Shown here piece by piece: positions 34,589-38,542 of a DNA stretch of 38,542 bases; the first letter of the stretch is position 1, and each line of letters starts with the position of its first letter. The notes beneath the pieces were generated by a model that saw nothing but the letters and a program-made list of their open reading frames with translations, was not told where the DNA came from and made no database searches. Both the position numbers and the translations under genes were made by a program. The stretch spans positions 1,074,860-1,113,401 of the forward strand of contig WELB01000001.1 of the NCBI GenBank assembly GCA_009602725.1, in the 5' to 3' direction. This DNA is from Spirogloea muscicola (taxonomy: Eukaryota).

Positions 34589-37500
34589 TTACTCGATAAC
34601 TGTTCGATGGTATCCTCGCTCTTGCACGAGGCTGTCTAAATAGCTGAGCACCTGTTGACAGCACATGCATGGTGTTAGTGACTATCCACATGGCTTCTCC
34701 ATTGCCTGCAATCGGCCTTTGGCAAGCAGCAGGCTTCGGTGGGATTTTCAGCAAGAGACCGTATCTGACCACAGCACATGCATGCTTGGAACACGCAATA
34801 ACTGCTCTAATTGACGGTACATTGGAAAAGGAAAACAGTGGCAATCTAGAGCAGTGGGAAGAAGTGGGAGAGGGATGTTCATGAGCTCACCAAGTCCCGC
34901 CGCTGCATGAGCAGGTCCAACTCCTCCAGGGTGAGTACGTCCTTGAACTTGGCCAAGAGGGTCGGAAGGTCCAGGAACCGCAGGCGTAGGTACGTCTTGG
35001 CTGACACGCACCTCACGGGCCCCGTCTGGAAGGCATTCTCATGCTCCATTGTGACCACTGCCTCCTGTTGTCATATGAGACGTTTTCAGGAGTGGCAATA
35101 CATGCTCAGTCTGTATTGTATGGAAAACAGAGAGCTCATTGAGTAGCTCTTTCCTGCCAAAGCAGATGGAGCTTGGTCTAATTGGCCAAACTGGCCCGCG
35201 CCACAGGAGATCACTAACAGGAAAACTTGGAAGGAAGGAAGGAAGCGCGAAAGAAGTATAGATCAAGAAGTCAAGACGAAGTGGGGCTGCAAGTCAAGCT
35301 GGACCTTGCGGAAGCCTGCCGCGTGGTCTATGAGGAGGGGCCGCATCCTGCTGTCGCTCCAGTGCTCGCCAAAGAGGAAGTGACCATGGTGGCGGTCCGA
35401 GTTGTTCAGCAGCACGTCCAATATACGCGTGTCGCTGAGCATCGTAGCCACTGGTACGCCCCAGTTGGCGGCCGCCACCTTCCTCAGCGGCTTGCTGTTT
35501 GGGACGTAGTAGATGAACGCGCCCTCCTTAAAGTGCTTGTAGTCCACCTCCACGCCGCCTCGACGATACGCTACCTGCTAGCAACGATCTCCACAACCAT
35601 CAGGCCTGCACAATGTGCTGCAAGATGTGAAGGTGGATGGCCTTCTGGAGTGGGGCATCAGCAGTAGAGGCAGAAGCAGGCTTGAGTGGTCTGCCTGCAC
35701 CCTTACATAACACATGGAAACATTGCAAGCAGTACAACGATATTTGAGTGCAAACTGGTGAAGCAAACACAATAAACATTTTGACGCTAATGTTTATGCC
35801 AGCTTCTGCCCTTGAAGGCTTCACTTTGAAGAACAACCCACAGCTTCAAGGTCATTAGGAGGAGGAGATAAGGGGAAATCTCAACCGGGGGTATGTAGTC
35901 CATGCCCAGGAGGAGGTTAAGCTCATACGCCACCCACTCCATTGGGGCGCGATGCCAGCCCTCGGCGTCCCCTTCAACCTTCGGCTTAAAGACGGCTCCA
36001 ATCTGCAGGTACTTGGACAGGCATGCAGTCAGCAGTAACGAGGGCGACGACACCGCAGGCTGCTCGCTTGTCCGCCCTGTTGAGAGGGTGTTTGGTGCAA
36101 ATTGGGTGCAGAGGATGAGCAAAGTGGTCAACACATGCTGCAAGGGCTCGTCAGTGAGCAACAGCATTATCAAGATGTACATAAGTGAGATAGTCATTAG
36201 CCAAGCCTGTCATTTCAGATGGCTACAACAATCCGACCTCAGCATTTGTCAGCGGCTCCTGAAGCTGGACAATATAGCTCTCATGGCCAAAGTCGGACTC
36301 GGTTGCCCGGCAATCCACCACGCGGCCGCTCGTCAAAAGCTCCCGGATGGCCATATGCTTGCCGTGCACAACAGGGTCATCCTCCGTGGACCTCTGCAAC
36401 CGCAATTTCGAAGCAAATATTACTACAGATAAGAGAAGGCAACCCCAGAGCCTGTGAAGACACTACTTCAAAGATGCTATGATATATGCGGACCATATTC
36501 GCAGCTGGAGCATGTCGCCTAGTCGCCCCGGGTCCCCGTGCTTAAGGAGGACCTGACTCTAGCAAGCGCTGTGCTGACCTTGAATTGGTTGCGCTTGAGC
36601 TCTAGGGCGGAGTTGGAAAGCGTCTGGACGGCCAGCGCAATGTAGTCGTCCGCATCCAGAGCTGCGGCAGCGCCCCGATGTGACTAAGCATTGCAGCTCA
36701 TTCTGGTCAGGATGTCGCATCTGATGCTAGCATCACAGGCTTCATAAGCTTCTCTAAGTACGCAGATGTTCACTTCAGAGCACCTGTTGCAGAAGCATCC
36801 CCTGTGCAGCGCACGGTCGTCTCCATGCTCACAATGGCCGCCGTCGTAGTGCCGGGGGGGCCGCTCTGCTCACTCAGCCAGCACCATGAGACTGCTGCTG
36901 TGCAAAGAACCGGCGCTCAGCATGGACCGCAGCCCGCATCACGGTACTTGCTGTCCTATGAAAAGATTTTCTGGCTTGCCTTGCGGATGGTGGTCTTGGT
37001 GCAGGCGAGTGCACCGGGGTGCGTGACAGCGCACTCCAGGATCTCCGGGAAGACGACAGCATCGACAACCGCCGCGTCCAGTAGCTCCGTCACGACTTCC
37101 TCTGCACGGTGCTGCGGCTCCACTGCACTGCCTACGGCCAGGACCTCTGTAGCAGCGCCGCTGTCGCAGTCGCCGCCGGCCAGGTCCTCATCCAGCAGGT
37201 CCAGCCGCTGCTCAAGCCACTGGCAGCAGCAAGATGCAATCAAGGAATAGGGATTTGCATCAGAGAATATAATACCATGGTGCAAGACATCACCTGCTGG
37301 ACAGGCTTTTTACATTTGTAGCCTGCGGCCATCAAGGAGGCGCTTGCCATTCCATTGATCTACACATAAGGTCACAAGACGGACTTCACAAGCTAACAAC
37401 GAGTAATAAGCCGCGTGACATGAATGTGGGTCAGAAAGCACCCGGGGCTGCCTTCAGTGACAGGCACTGGTAAGATCCCACTACACTGACCCTAACCCAA

Positions 37501-38542
37501 AATTCCAAACCCTCAATCCCAAAACCTAAAGCCCTGTGACAGCATACCATGTGGTCATTGTCCTCCGCAGGGGCTTCGTCAGGTCGACCTTCGCTCAGCA
37601 GCGGCGGGGCCTTGTTCTGCAGGCCCTCGACGGCGGCGGCGGCCTTTGCGGCCACGGCAGCCTGCAGCTCTCTGTCCAGCTCGCGGATGCTCGCCCGCAG
37701 CCGCTCCGCCTCGGCGCGGAGCTCCTCGGCGCGCCGCTCCTCGGCGCGCCGCGCCTCCGCCGCGCGCCGCAGCTCCTTGCTGCACCGCAGCTCCTCTGCC
37801 TGGCGCAGCCTCGCCAGCTTGGTCAGCTTCGCCACCTCCAGCCGCGAGTCCTGGATCCTGCGATCGACGCCTCCAGCGACCGACTCAGAGACTGAAGCCG
37901 CAGTGCTCGCAGTGAGCATCGCAGGCCGCCATGGCCGCCTCGACAAGTCGCTGTCTCATCTCACATCTAAACCCTAACCCTTAAATCCTAATACCATAAA
38001 CCTTCCCTAAACCCCACTCCTAAATCCTAAATGTCATCCCTTGTAAATCCTAAACCCTTAAATATCTAACCCTGATCCCTCAAACACCAATACTCCAAAC
38101 CCGGAATCTTAAACCGGCGGTTAGAAACACATAGCTCTTGCCGCGCGCACTGCACGGCCACCATTGCCGTCGCGCCAACGACCGTCGGCGGCGCTCGGGC
38201 GGCGGCTCGGAGCTCACCGGTGCCCCAGCGCAGAGACCGTCTCCCGCAGCGTCTGCAGCATGGCGCTGTTCTGCCGCTCCACCACCGCCAGGCCCTCGGC
38301 GATGCGCTCCATGTCAACGTCTCCCAGGAAGTCCCGCGCCGGCTCCGCCTGCGGCGGCGACGCCGGGGCCGCGCCGCCGTCGCCGTCTGGCACGGCGGAC
38401 GCGGGCATGTCCAGGGTGCTGCTGCCGACCCACGGCAGCTGGCCAGCGAGGCTGCCGAGCTTCCGGCGGATCGAGCCGTTGGCCCGCTGCTGCTGCGGCG
38501 GCAGCGGCGGCGGCGGCGGCGGAGTTGGCGGCGTGGCTGCGG
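34589..38542 (-). CDS. Coiled-coil protein with C-terminal PI3/PI4-kinase-like (atypical kinase fold) domain; 5' end beyond the window
   Basis: Phase-consistent exons >38542-38218, 37950-37548, 37219-36980, 36865-36815, 36683-36579, 36393-36238, 36002-35886, 35574-35305, 35064-34891, 34651-34589. Kinase-fold motifs AVFKP, EWVAYEL..LLGMDYIPP, LDVLLNNSDRHHGHFL, LIDHAAGF. An E/R/A-rich coiled coil lies in exon 37950-37548. The kinase exons are firm; their joining to the coiled-coil exons is less certain. Confidence 0.75.
37489..37535. repeat. Degenerate telomere-like (CCCTAAA/TTTAGGG) tract in intron
   Basis: ACCCTAACCCAAAATTCCAAACCCTCAATCCCAAAACCTAAAGCCCT. Confidence 0.7.
37966..38115. repeat. 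Degenerate telomere-like (CCCTAAA/TTTAGGG) tract in intron
   Basis: About 150 nt of AAACCCTAACCCTTAAATCCTAA...CCCTAAACCCC...TCCTAAATCCTAAA...ATCCTAAACCCTTAAA, in a C/A-rich strand almost devoid of G. Confidence 0.85.

Overview
Eukaryotic, intron-dense genomic window. The proteins are land-plant-like, gene starts are GC-rich and introns are short, so the source is most likely a streptophyte green alga (inferred, not proven). It holds five protein-coding genes: (1) DNA polymerase epsilon catalytic subunit (POL2/POLE; + strand, 52 exons by manual splicing, two GC-AG introns); (2) a DUF1685-family gene (-); (3) a plant CinA-like/HxGH nucleotidyltransferase gene (-); (4) a SHOC1-like meiotic crossover gene (+); (5) a coiled-coil plus PI3/4-kinase-like gene (-, 5' end outside the window) with telomere-like repeats in two introns. 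The most unusual content is intergenic. Intervals 21.1-23.4 kb and 27.8-28.9 kb are built largely from very short 3' ends of several related non-LTR (RLE-type) retrotransposons, sharing the C-terminal peptide RA(L/M)AA-x15-SDLxxL(T/S)RxY* and a 3'-UTR hairpin. Three of these tails are inserted antisense, each with a target-site duplication, at the same nucleotide (TT(T/C)TGG^GCTGGC) inside the 3' UTR of another family member. This points to a self-targeting, site-specific retrotransposon that builds nested inverted arrays.
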